DNA from: a virus | Taxonomy: Duplodnaviria > Heunggongvirae > Uroviricota > Caudoviricetes | Strand: one strand, 5' to 3' | Virus record (IMG/VR): IMGVR_UViG_3300011008_000007 | Length of the DNA: 64,000 nucleotides | In this document: in pieces, positions 54,990 to 64,000 of the stretch | Layout of the letters: every line of letters begins with the position of its first letter | Numbering within the stretch: position 1 is the stretch's first letter | Position numbers and translations under genes: made by a program | Notes under the pieces: generated by a model | What the model was told of the DNA's origin: nothing | The model's input: the letters and a program-made list of their open reading frames with translations, nothing else | The model's database searches: none

Positions 54990-55841
54990 TTGAGTCTATG
55001 TGATGGTATGAGCGGAGGACAAATTGCCCTAAAAGAGCTTGGCATTCCAATCAACAAATATTTTTCTTACGAAATTAAACCATCTGCAATCAAAGTCACT
55101 CAATTGAATTTTCCGAATACAATACAATTAGGTGATGTGCGCAATTTTGATATAAGCGATTTACAGAACGAAGATATAGATTTGTTTTTATGTGGTTCTC
55201 CTTGTCAGAATATGAGCTTGATTAATATTACCGGCAAAGTCGGAGTTGATGGTGAAAAATCAAGTTTGATTTACATATGTGCCGATATTTTCAAAAAAGT
55301 TAAACCAAAGTTTTTTCTATTTGAAAATGTCGGTTCTATGACGAGAGCTGATAAAAAAGTATTTAACCAACTAATTGGTTGTGAGCCGATACAAATTAAT
55401 TCTTCATTGGTTTCAGCCCAAAAACGCAATAGACTCTATTGGACTAATATACCTTGCGACATTCCGCAAGACCGAAAAATATTACTTAAAGATATTTTAG
55501 ATGAAAATCCACAAAGAGAAGAGAAATGGTCAGACAAGAAAAGGGCTTTTGTAAATCGTAAGCGAAGCGGAACTATGTATGTGCAGGTTAATGGTGAAAA
55601 ATCAATTCCCATTACAGCTCGTGGATATGCTGCGTGGAACACTCAGTTTATTGAAGATAAAAATGGATTAAGAGATTTAACCACAAATGAATACCGTAAA
55701 TTGCAGACTGTGCCAGATTGGTATAATTTTGGAGATTTAAGAAAATCAGCTATAACAAATTTGATTGGCGATAGTTGGACGATTGAAGTTATCGTTCATA
55801 TTTTTAAGTATTTACAAACCTATCACAAAAATTATAGTTAG
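54990..55841 (+). CDS. DNA (cytosine-5)-methyltransferase
   Basis: Motif I LSLCDGMSGG, IV GSPCQNMS, VI ENV, VIII QKRNRLY. TTG start; an out-of-frame ATG (54946, MSIKRKFYVDKD-stop) precedes it across an A-run. Confidence 0.65.
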   Translation: MSLCDGMSGGQIALKELGIPINKYFSYEIKPSAIKVTQLNFPNTIQLGDVRNFDISDLQNEDIDLFLCGSPCQNMSLINITGKVGVDGEKSSLIYICADIFKKVKPKFFLFENVGSMTRADKKVFNQLIGCEPIQINSSLVSAQKRNRLYWTNIPCDIPQDRKILLKDILDENPQREEKWSDKKRAFVNRKRSGTMYVQVNGEKSIPITARGYAAWNTQFIEDKNGLRDLTTNEYRKLQTVPDWYNFGDLRKSAITNLIGDSWTIEVIVHIFKYLQTYHKNYS

Positions 55842-55862
55842 GAGTATAGAGGCGCGGTTTAA

Positions 55863-56138
55863 ATGATTATTATAAAAAAAGGTAAGAGTGTGCAACAAGA
55901 AGAAAAATACTATAAAGCAGAATGTAATTGCGGCTGTGTGTTTGCATTTAAGGAAGAAGATTTTATTAGAATAAAAAACATAGGCTACTACAATATTGCC
56001 CAAAAAGCAAAAGTATTTCCTAAAGCTAATATATATATTAGATGCCCCGAATGCACACGAACTATTTTGAAAAAGAAGTGTATAGAAATCACTAATTCTC
56101 AATATAAAAAGGATTTGTTGAAATATGGTACTCAATAG
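55863..56138 (+). CDS. small zinc-ribbon protein
   Basis: CNCGC...CPEC. Confidence 0.45.
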   Translation: MIIIKKGKSVQQEEKYYKAECNCGCVFAFKEEDFIRIKNIGYYNIAQKAKVFPKANIYIRCPECTRTILKKKCIEITNSQYKKDLLKYGTQ

Positions 56139-56651
56139 AATTTGGGCGATGCCCAATAAGAATACTTTTAGCATAAAACCGATTAGGGAATTGATTGAAA
56201 AATATCTTCCTTCGGGGGAGATAAGAATATAGTTGACCCTTTTGCTAATGAATCTACATACGGAACTATTACAAATGATTTAAACCCAAGATTTGATACA
56301 GATTACCATATGGACGCCTTGGATTTCTTGAAAATGATAAGTAGCAATACTGCGGATATGGTTTTGTATGACCCACCATACTCTCCGAGGCAGGTTAAGG
56401 AGTGCTATGACGGAATTGGAGTAAAGGTTACGGCTGACGACACAAAGGCGTCCTGGAGAGCAAGGCATTTAGATGAGATTCAAAGAATACTAAAACCAAA
56501 TGGAATATGTATTAGTTTTGGTTGGAACACCAATGGTGTAGGTAAAAAGCGAGGGTTTGAAATTATTGAAGTATTACTTGTTCCTCACGGCGGCAGTAAA
56601 AACGATACATTGTGTACAGTAGAAAGAAAGGTAAATGATGTCAGAAAATAG
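56125..56651 (+). pseudogene. DPPY-motif (N6-adenine/N4-cytosine) DNA methyltransferase with a frameshift at a G5 tract (56214-56218)
   Basis: Frame 1: MVLNRIWAMPNKNTFSIKPIRELIEKYLPSGEIRI-stop. Frame 0 continues GDKNIVDPFANE...DPPYSPRQ. One extra G would restore LPSGGDKNIVDPF. Confidence 0.55.
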
Positions 56652-57633
56652 AACTATTCCTACTTCTAAAAATCGTTGGAACGTTAAGTTTGTTGGTAGC
56701 TCACATATCTGTAAAATATATGCTAATTCTGAGCAAGAGGTTTTTGATTTATTCAAGGACGAAGAAATTGAGAGTATTACTCCATTCGATGATTTCGGTT
56801 ATGTTGACTTAATTGAAACAATGAAAAACCATTCTAAACTGATTGGAAGCTATTCTATACGAAATGGCACAAAAGAAATTTATATGTACCCTTGGGGTGC
56901 GGATTGTGTAATTTTTAGATTATATAAAGATTTTGATGGCGGGTATTACGATATTGCAGAATACCAAGAGCGCGGCGGTCAGCTAATGGTTCCGATTACG
57001 TTCACCTATTCAAATCCCACAGATTTGTATGAAAAATATTTTAAAAATGAGATTGAGAAAGCGTTGTTAGATGGATTACTTTCTGCGAAAGAGCTAAAGA
57101 AAACCAAAGCAAAACTGTTTAGTCGCAAAAACGGAAATAAATTTTGGGTAGATAAAGATGGATATTTCTATGATTGCGAAAATTACTATTACCCAAATAA
57201 AGATAACAAAGCAGAATACAATGAATTTCACGACGAACCTAATGCAGTTTATGTAAAAGCTGACTATGCAGCGCCACAAGGAAGTAACACAGAGCTAAAG
57301 TGGTGGCACAGTTTAGATGATTTTCTTTTGGAGTTTTCCTTAAAAATAAAGAATGTTCCAGGCACATATGGTTCTTCTAAATATAAGGTGAAAAAGAGGG
57401 GCTATAAAAAATTGCCGCCAGAAGAGCGCAAAGTTATTTATAGATACCCTTATTTGAATATAGACAGACAATTAGATGAAGGTCATTCTCCCGAACATAT
57501 TGCAAATATTTGGGTGCAAATGCTGAATCCGAAGTATTTCCAATCGGGAGACGTGTTTGGTTTTGAAAGCCATATTTGTAATATGGTGAAATATTATCAA
57601 GATTATAGGAGTAAAAACGATGTTAATAAGTAA
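56635..57633 (+). CDS. hypothetical protein
   Basis: ORF, coupled. Confidence 0.5.
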   Translation: MMSENRTIPTSKNRWNVKFVGSSHICKIYANSEQEVFDLFKDEEIESITPFDDFGYVDLIETMKNHSKLIGSYSIRNGTKEIYMYPWGADCVIFRLYKDFDGGYYDIAEYQERGGQLMVPITFTYSNPTDLYEKYFKNEIEKALLDGLLSAKELKKTKAKLFSRKNGNKFWVDKDGYFYDCENYYYPNKDNKAEYNEFHDEPNAVYVKADYAAPQGSNTELKWWHSLDDFLLEFSLKIKNVPGTYGSSKYKVKKRGYKKLPPEERKVIYRYPYLNIDRQLDEGHSPEHIANIWVQMLNPKYFQSGDVFGFESHICNMVKYYQDYRSKNDVNK

Positions 57634-58675
57634 TGAGATAGTATTCAAAGGGCATCCAGACAAGGTTGCCGACCAAATAAGCGATGCTTTGCTTGACGCA
57701 TATCTATCAGAAGACCCAAATAGTCGCTGTGGAATTGAAGTAGTTGGCGGCAAAGGCAAAATATTTGTTACGGGCGAAGTTTCTTCCTCTGCTGAGGTTT
57801 ATGTTGAGGGAGTAGTGAAGTATGCTTTATGCAAAGCTGGTTATTACGAAGATTATGAAATAATAAATAATCTCGGAGTGCAATCACCTGATATTGCACA
57901 GGGAGTAGATACTGGTGGCGCCGGCGACCAAGGAATTATGATTGGTTTTGCCTGCAACGAAACAAGAGAAATGCTTCCAAAGGCACAGGTGATTTTGCAG
58001 GAATTTGCAAAACAGTATGATGAATTGCGCCAAAAAGACAAAAGATTCTTACCCGATGGCAAAGCTCAAATCACGGGCTATTACGATAATATTGATGAAA
58101 TTCTGAGATTAAGACTAATCGAAGAGTTTGTTATTTCCTATCAAAACACGGAGGAAGATAGGAAAGCAACAGACAAAATCATTATCAAAATGGCGCAAAA
58201 GATTTGTAAAAAATATGGAGTAGAAACCAATAAGAAAAAGTTTATTATAAATCCCACGGGCAAATTCTTAATAGGTGGTTTTCAGGGTGATGCTGGACTT
58301 ACAGGGCGCAAAATTGTTGTAGATAACTATCAAGCGTTTTCTTCTGTAGGTGGCGGGGCATATTCAGGTAAGGATTGCACAAAAGTTGACCGTTCTGCCG
58401 CATACAAGGCGAGGCAAGTTGCAAAGAGATATGTTTCTATGACAGGCGCCTCTTGGTGCAGAGTGTCGGTATCTTATGCGATTGGATTAGAAAAACCGAT
58501 GTCAATTCGTATCGAAACAAATAAAGGAGATATTTGTTTTAGAGATGAACTGTATGAGAGCTTTAAGCCAAAGAATATTATTGAAGACCTTGGGTTAAGA
58601 AAAGTAAAATATTATCCAACTTCTCAGTTTGGACATTATGGCAACAAAGAGTTCCCTTGGGAACAAATTAAGTAA
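57620..58675 (+). CDS. metK: S-adenosylmethionine synthetase (MetK-like)
   Basis: GHPDKVADQISDALLDA, GAGDQGIMIGFACNET, GGGAYSGKDCTKVDRSAAY, all matching MetK signature blocks. Confidence 0.7.
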   Translation: MLISNEIVFKGHPDKVADQISDALLDAYLSEDPNSRCGIEVVGGKGKIFVTGEVSSSAEVYVEGVVKYALCKAGYYEDYEIINNLGVQSPDIAQGVDTGGAGDQGIMIGFACNETREMLPKAQVILQEFAKQYDELRQKDKRFLPDGKAQITGYYDNIDEILRLRLIEEFVISYQNTEEDRKATDKIIIKMAQKICKKYGVETNKKKFIINPTGKFLIGGFQGDAGLTGRKIVVDNYQAFSSVGGGAYSGKDCTKVDRSAAYKARQVAKRYVSMTGASWCRVSVSYAIGLEKPMSIRIETNKGDICFRDELYESFKPKNIIEDLGLRKVKYYPTSQFGHYGNKEFPWEQIK

Positions 58676-58681
58676 AGGAAA

Positions 58682-59011
58682 GTGATTTATATGTTTGGTA
58701 AAAAGAAGAAGAAAGATAAGACAAGAACGCATAGGGTTTATGTAGAACTCGATTCCCATCAAAAGGTGGCAGATTTCACAAATGCTTGTAATTCTATTCC
58801 TGAGAATGTATTTTTACGCGGAGTAGATGAAAACGGCGTAGCGTGGGAAACCAATGCAAAGAGTTTATTGTTTAATTTGGCTATTGCAGGCATTTTGAAC
58901 GATAAGGAAAGAATAAACAAGGCGGCAAATGTTGCAAAAGTCGATTGGAACTCTGTTTATGTTGAGAGTGAAGCCGATATTTATGGCGTGCTGAAGGACT
59001 TTGCAAAATAA
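58682..59011 (+). CDS. hypothetical protein
   Basis: GTG 58682 or ATG 58691 after AAGGAAAG. Confidence 0.45.
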   Translation: MIYMFGKKKKKDKTRTHRVYVELDSHQKVADFTNACNSIPENVFLRGVDENGVAWETNAKSLLFNLAIAGILNDKERINKAANVAKVDWNSVYVESEADIYGVLKDFAK

Positions 59012-59114
59012 CGCAATCAAATATTATTTTTATTTATCATTTTTAAATAAAAACCCCTTATTTACTACGTTTTTTATTTCCTAATTTTGATTGACTGAAA
59101 TATTATTAGATTTG

Positions 59115-59140
59115 AAACCCTCTATTTTTGAGGGTTTTCT
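59115..59140 (+). terminator. intrinsic terminator hairpin AAACCCTC-TATTTTT-GAGGGTTT + T-run
   Basis: 8 bp perfect stem followed by TTTTCT. Confidence 0.5.
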
Positions 59141-59147
59141 TACCTAA

Positions 59148-61376
59148 TATGTCAATAAAAATAATAATTCAAAAGGATATGAATTAGTTAATTTTTGTGA
59201 GTTTGATAAATTTGCTGCGGCAAGTTATTGTGCAGTACATGGAGTAGACGAAAGCCTTAATCTTGGAGATATAACGAAGGTAGATGAAACTAAAATCCCG
59301 CCATTTAATATGATTTGCGGTGGGAGTCCATGTCAAGATTTCAGCGTTGCCGGCAAACAAGCGGGTAGCAAATGGAGATGTAAAGATTGTGGTCATGAGT
59401 ATAATCCTCTAACTGTTCATTTTTCTAAAAGGCACAAGTGTCCAAAATGTGAAAGCGAAGATTTGGATAAAAGTCGGAGTTCTCTATTGGTTGAATGGCT
59501 GAGAGTTATTCGCGCCAATAAACCCAATTGGGGAATATATGAAAATGTTAAAAATATTGTTGGCAAAAAGTTTGAAGATACTTTTAATATGTTTTTAGAT
59601 GAGCTCCACGAATATGGCTATAATACTCACTACCAAGTGCTAAATGCCAAAGATTATGGTATTCCTCAGAATAGAGAAAGAGTTTATCTAATTATTATTA
59701 AAAAAGAATTAGATAATGGTCAGTTTAAATTTCCCGAACCTTTCGATAACGGTCTGCGATTAAAAGATATGTTAGAAGAAGAGGTAGATGAAAAGTATTA
59801 TATTAATACCGAGAAATCCCAAGCCCTTATAAATGAGCTTATCGAGAGCGGTAAATTAGAAAAAGACGTTTCTAATTCCGTAAGGGTCGGGGGGAGAGGA
59901 AGTATAGACCGACATCAATGGGATATGGTTCAAGCGTGAAAACAGTAGGTTTTTTAGATAAAGGAACTGGTAAGCATCAATCCAATATGGTTTATGATAG
60001 CCTTGGTTTGGGTAGATGTTTAAATGCTTGCGATTATAAATCTCCGACTACTATTCTTGATTTAGAGGAATAAGATGTATTTATTTGCACAGGTTTTGAA
60101 ATATCAAAGAACCGAATATGGAAAGTCAATTCGTAAGGCTTATGAAAAAGGAATAATAAAAGAAAGACGCAATAATATGAGAGAATATGTCCCCCGAAAA
60201 GACGGAATAAGCAACACGTTGACTACCGTATTAAAAGATAATTACTTACTGATGAGAGAAGATGGCAGATAAAAATAATACTGTCCTCATAGGCAATGTT
60301 TACGGAAAACAATTCGGAACAGGATATGCCGGCAATGTGTGGGATAAAGAATACTATTGTCCGACAATCCGCACTTGCCAGGGGGAGGAAATCAACCGAT
60401 GGTTATTGTAAAGGAAGAAAGAAATGAAAAAAGGTAGTGGAATCAGGGTTATTGGTTCACTCAACCCACAAAAAGAAGTACAAGATAGAGTTCGCGTACT
60501 CTCGCCTGGGGGAGATGTCAATCTCTAAGGGCAACGGATTACAAAGACCCACCAAAAATTTTGGTGTTGGTTAAGGAGAAATCAAATGAGAACACCAATA
60601 TGTTTGTTGACTCCAAATAATTTTGCTCACAAAGCGGGTGACGGAACTAAAACCAGAAAGAGAGAGGTTAGATTTATTCATCCCGCGCTTCAAGCTAATT
60701 GCGGAGCAACACAAGCAACGTATTTATTAGAACGTTGGACGCAAGAAAAACATAAGGGAATTATTCAAATTGGTAATTTATATAAAGATAGACCTAATTT
60801 TTCAAACCCACAATGCGGCAGGGTTTATTCCATAGATGGGGTATCACCCACTATTAATACCTGTCAGGGGGAGAAAGACAACCTAAAATAGTAGTTCCTA
60901 TAAAAATAAAGGATGATTAGCATATGGTTATAAAACATACTGAGATACCTTGCTTCTTTGACGACAGAGATAAAGGCTGGGGGGAGAAGACTATGGACTA
61001 CTGCCCTACGCAAAGAGCTAATAGGAGTGGAATAAAAATGATAAATAATTCTGATGTTGGTTATAGGATTAGAAAGCTCACACCAAAAGAATGTTGGCGA
61101 CTAATGGGATTTTCGGACGAAGCATTTGAAAGAGCTGAAAATGCCGGTATTAGTAATACGCAGTTATATAAACAAGCCGGAAATTCAATAGTAACCAACG
61201 TGTTATATTACATATACAAAAATTTATATGAGGCAATGCCTTATTTATTTGATGATTTAAAAGTCAGCAGTTACTTTTCTGGAATAGGTGCTTTTGAAAT
61301 TGGATTGGATAGATTGTTTGAAGATATAAACAAAACAACGTCTTCCGGAGCAACAGATTTCGGGGGAGAGAAATAA
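59148..61376 (+). pseudogene. fragmented multispecific-type C5-cytosine methyltransferase locus. Motifs IV-VIII at 59148-59939, several TRD-like fragments, motifs IX-X at 60924-61200, then a motif-I fragment at 61250-61330
   Basis: In 59310..59939: GGSPCQDFS, ENV, QNRERVY. Repeated TRD cores: DGISNTLTT (60075..60272), YYCPTIRTCQGE (about 60355), GVSPTINTCQGE (60586..60891), CPTQRANRSG, then RIRKLTPKECWRLMGF...GNSIV (60924..61376). A further fragment GIAVCLTAQ lies at 61505..61705. All are in different frames separated by stops. Confidence 0.45.
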
Positions 61377-61729
61377 TTGTTTATGACGACTATAACAGTC
61401 GAGTTAGAGCCGACCAAAATACAATAGGCACGATTACCACTATGGTTGGCAGTTCGAGTTTAAGGTCATCATACAAGATAATAGAGAACGGAAAGGCAAC
61501 TTAAATGAAGAAAGATAAAAACTTCGGGGGGAGTTCAGAATCCAACATTCCTATTTTTCTTGGTGGTTTGGGTAAAAGAAATTTTGGCAAACAGTTTCGG
61601 CAAGGAAATAGGGTGTATAGCGCAGACGGCATAGCTGTATGTTTAACGGCGCAGCCTCTCGGTAATATTGGTGGGTACTCTTCTTTATATATTATTAAAA
61701 AATAATTTATAAACCTAACTATAAAATTG

Positions 61730-61758
61730 TTGACAAAATTATAAATTTATGCTATAAT
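61730..61758 (+). promoter_or_regulatory. promoter with A-rich block + TTGACA-N17-TGcTATAAT
   Basis: Hexamers 61730-61735 and 61753-61758. Confidence 0.55.
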
Positions 61759-61798
61759 ACAATCAATAAACATAGCATAAAAACTTTAGGAGGTAATT

Positions 61799-62353
61799 AT
61801 GAACTCGAAAACAAAATTAGGACTAATTATTGTGGCAATAATAGCGGCATTTACATTACTTTTTGTTGGTGTTGGTTTCGGTATTCAAAATACGGCTATT
61901 TCATATGAAGAGCAAATAAAGGATTCCAACTCAAATATTAAGGTTCAAGAAAAGCGCAGAGCCGACCTTATTCCGAATCTTGTTGATTGTGTGAAAGCCT
62001 ATGATAAACACGAATATCAAACAATAATGGATGTGGTTAAAGCAAGAGGTAGTTCCTCTGACGAAGCCGCAGCGGAAGTTCAAACAATGATTAGCGCCGT
62101 TGCTGAGGCTTATCCCGAACTCAAAAGTAATTCAAATTATAAAGAATTAATGAATGAGTTGACCATTACAGAAAATCACATTGCTAATTACCGAAGTAGT
62201 TACAACGGAGTAGTTAAGGAATACAAGCAATTTGTACGAAAATTTCCAAACTCTCAATTTCTCGGTTTGTTTGGTTATCAAGTTGAGAACTATGAATATT
62301 TAAGTTACAACACAAGTCAGGATGCACCAACAAATTTATTTGGAGATAAGTAA
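61799..62353 (+). CDS. LemA-family membrane protein
   Basis: N-terminal TM then RRADLIPNLVDCVKAYDKHEYQT matching LemA core (RRxDLIPNLVxxVKxY). Confidence 0.6.
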   Translation: MNSKTKLGLIIVAIIAAFTLLFVGVGFGIQNTAISYEEQIKDSNSNIKVQEKRRADLIPNLVDCVKAYDKHEYQTIMDVVKARGSSSDEAAAEVQTMISAVAEAYPELKSNSNYKELMNELTITENHIANYRSSYNGVVKEYKQFVRKFPNSQFLGLFGYQVENYEYLSYNTSQDAPTNLFGDK

Positions 62354-63096
62354 TGTCTGAAATAAAAGATTTGCTTAAAGAATATGTAACCAAAAGAGAA
62401 GTAATATTTAGCTTTGTAATTATAGCTGTTATGTTGTTGGTTGGCTTCTTTATATCGAACGGCATAAATAACGCTTTAATTTCAAAGTATAGAGAATATG
62501 ACACCGCACTACAAATTGATAATGACCAAAATTTGTTTGAATACAGTATGAGAACAGATACAGGCAATGCCTTTGTTTATGGCGAACTTAAATGTCTTGA
62601 CCCCGTTACATATCCTGAAATTGGTGGTGCATACTCTCACGTTGAAAAGGTTAAAGAGAGATATACAATGCACACAAGGGTTGTCACTTATACAGATGGT
62701 AAGGGACACACCCACACCCGCACAGAAACCTATTGGACTTGGGATGAGGTTGGCAGTTGGGATGTTTATGCTACAAAAATATCTTTTTTGAATGTAGAAT
62801 TTGAATATGGGGCAATACCCTTTTCGGGTAAACATTATATAACCACAGTTAATGAATCTTCTGATGTAAGATACAAATATTATGGTAGTCCCATAAAAGA
62901 ATGCGGAACCTTATATTCAAATCTCAAAAATAACGGGATTAATGATAGTAAATTTTATAATAACAAAAATATACAAGAAACAATTGAATGGCTCAAATCT
63001 AATTATCAAACCGTAATCTTTTGGGTTTCTTGGGTTATCTTAATGATTGTAGCTTTAGTTGGTTTCTTTTATATAGACAATAGATGGTTAGAATAA
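62353..63096 (+). CDS. membrane protein (N- and C-terminal TM helices)
   Basis: ORF coupled to LemA gene. Confidence 0.5.
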   Translation: MSEIKDLLKEYVTKREVIFSFVIIAVMLLVGFFISNGINNALISKYREYDTALQIDNDQNLFEYSMRTDTGNAFVYGELKCLDPVTYPEIGGAYSHVEKVKERYTMHTRVVTYTDGKGHTHTRTETYWTWDEVGSWDVYATKISFLNVEFEYGAIPFSGKHYITTVNESSDVRYKYYGSPIKECGTLYSNLKNNGINDSKFYNNKNIQETIEWLKSNYQTVIFWVSWVILMIVALVGFFYIDNRWLE

Positions 63097-63124
63097 CCAA
63101 AATAATATTAAGGAGAAATTAATT

Positions 63125-63739
63125 ATGACAGAAATGTTTAATGGAATGTTTGGCAAAGTTCAGAACGGTATGTGCAGGCTTTCATATAGTGGAGGTATTG
63201 CAGTTAAGACAAATAACGGATATAAATCTTATAATGTCAAAACCGGCAAATTAACTAACTGTACAAACTTTGCCCTCGACGTAGGAAATGACTTCTTCTT
63301 CGTTATTCCGACTAATAAGGTTGCAAAGGGAGATATTATTCTCGTTGATAGAAAACCTAAGTGCGTAATCGAAGCAAGCAAGAACTCAATTAAAGTTGTG
63401 GATTACGAAGATTCTTCAATTAAGGATATTATTCCCGAACGTCACGTTTTTATGGGTAATACATATTTTTATGGCAAGATAGTTTCTATGTTTGGTAGCA
63501 ACTTTGCAAAAGGCAAGAGTGGTATGAATAAGATTATGTCTTATATGCTTATGTCTGAAATGTTTAAGAGCAATGACCATACTTTCGGAGCCACTAACAA
63601 CTCCGGAATGGGCGCAATGCTTCCATTTATGCTTATGGGTGGCGGAAACGGTTTTGCCGATATGTTTGAGGGTATGTTTGATTTCGACATTGAAGAAGAT
63701 AATGAAGAGGTTGAAGAAGCAGAGGAGGCGACTGCATAA
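63125..63739 (+). CDS. hypothetical protein with acidic C-terminus
   Basis: ORF with AAGGAG SD. Confidence 0.45.
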   Translation: MTEMFNGMFGKVQNGMCRLSYSGGIAVKTNNGYKSYNVKTGKLTNCTNFALDVGNDFFFVIPTNKVAKGDIILVDRKPKCVIEASKNSIKVVDYEDSSIKDIIPERHVFMGNTYFYGKIVSMFGSNFAKGKSGMNKIMSYMLMSEMFKSNDHTFGATNNSGMGAMLPFMLMGGGNGFADMFEGMFDFDIEEDNEEVEEAEEATA

Positions 63740-64000
63740 TGGGCGGCGGAGCTTGGAATTTTTCCGACTATACAAGTTATTCCACCTCGGTGGGTCGAAC
63801 AGTAAATGCGGTTACAATGTCGCTTGATGATAGTTATGATGCACAAGACCTTTTTACTGCACGTTTTATCCAAAAGGAACTGAAACCTTACAATGTGATG
63901 CGAGAGTGTTGTGATTCCGAGGAACATCCCAATACCGTTCCAGTAATTCTTGCTCTTGACGTTACTGGAAGTATGGGCGAAGGAGCGGCAGAGGTTGCTA
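63739..64000 (+). CDS. vWA-domain protein, N-terminal part (runs off window)
   Basis: ATG 63739 after GAGGAGG; MIDAS-like ALDVTGSMGEG near the window end. Confidence 0.45.
   Translation, partial: MGGGAWNFSDYTSYSTSVGRTVNAVTMSLDDSYDAQDLFTARFIQKELKPYNVMRECCDSEEHPNTVPVILALDVTGSMGEGAAEVA

Noticed and set aside
1226-63927. All minus-strand ORFs in the six-frame track (for example 1226..1573, 3302..3811, 32054..32500, 55812..56174, 63416..63927)
   Set aside because: Every one lies entirely within or heavily overlaps a + strand ORF that has an SD and a recognisable product. None has its own SD or promoter, and the region is otherwise strictly unidirectional
1-64000. CRISPR arrays, rRNA genes, transposase/IS elements
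   Set aside because: No regularly spaced direct repeats with unique spacers, no rRNA-like conserved blocks, and no transposase-like ORF (DDE/HUH motifs) were seen

Overview
The window looks like a contiguous, single-strand (+) early/accessory region of a large tailed phage or prophage of a low-GC Gram-positive host. The basis is AT richness, strong AGGAGG-type Shine-Dalgarno sites before almost every ORF, and about a dozen near-identical sigma-A type promoters. The conserved promoter is TTGACA-N17-TATAAT, often with TGn, preceded by the A-rich block ATAAACCTATCAAAAAAACTA. About 100 short, tightly tiled + strand ORFs carry no capsid, tail or terminase genes. Every minus-strand ORF in the track overlaps a + strand gene and is treated as spurious.

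Recognisable content, in order:
- SprT-like metalloprotease.
- A CX5R phosphatase.
- DUF262 nuclease-domain protein plus an XRE HTH.
- An AT-rich iteron-like intergenic region (about 10.9-11.36 kb).
- A tyrosine recombinase.
- A MazF/PemK-like toxin.
- An ADP-ribosylglycohydrolase.
- A complete diversity-generating retroelement (DGR): target gene with C-terminal VR, Avd, TR and RT, with adenine-only TR/VR differences.
- A lysis pair (SleB-like hydrolase plus holin-like).
- An NAD+ module: PncA, Prs-like, NAMPT-family PRTase, macrodomain and NadE.
- Five tandem paralogs sharing an invariant N-terminal 17-mer.
- A flotillin/SPFH protein.
- A 9 kb RNA island (32.9-41.8 kb): tmRNA, at least 14 canonical tRNAs, four tRNA-like genes carrying 43-66 nt insertions at the anticodon arm, degenerate tRNA-like elements, a Ro60-like vWA protein, a Thg1-like protein and a metallophosphoesterase.
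- Tpt1/KptA.
- An MFS transporter.
- NAD-dependent DNA ligase.
- SAM synthetase.
- A methyltransferase cluster: one C5-MTase, one DPPY MTase frameshifted at a G5 tract, and a fragmented multi-TRD C5-MTase.
- LemA.
- A vWA protein truncated at the window end.

All functional calls are from motifs read by eye. No database search was possible.
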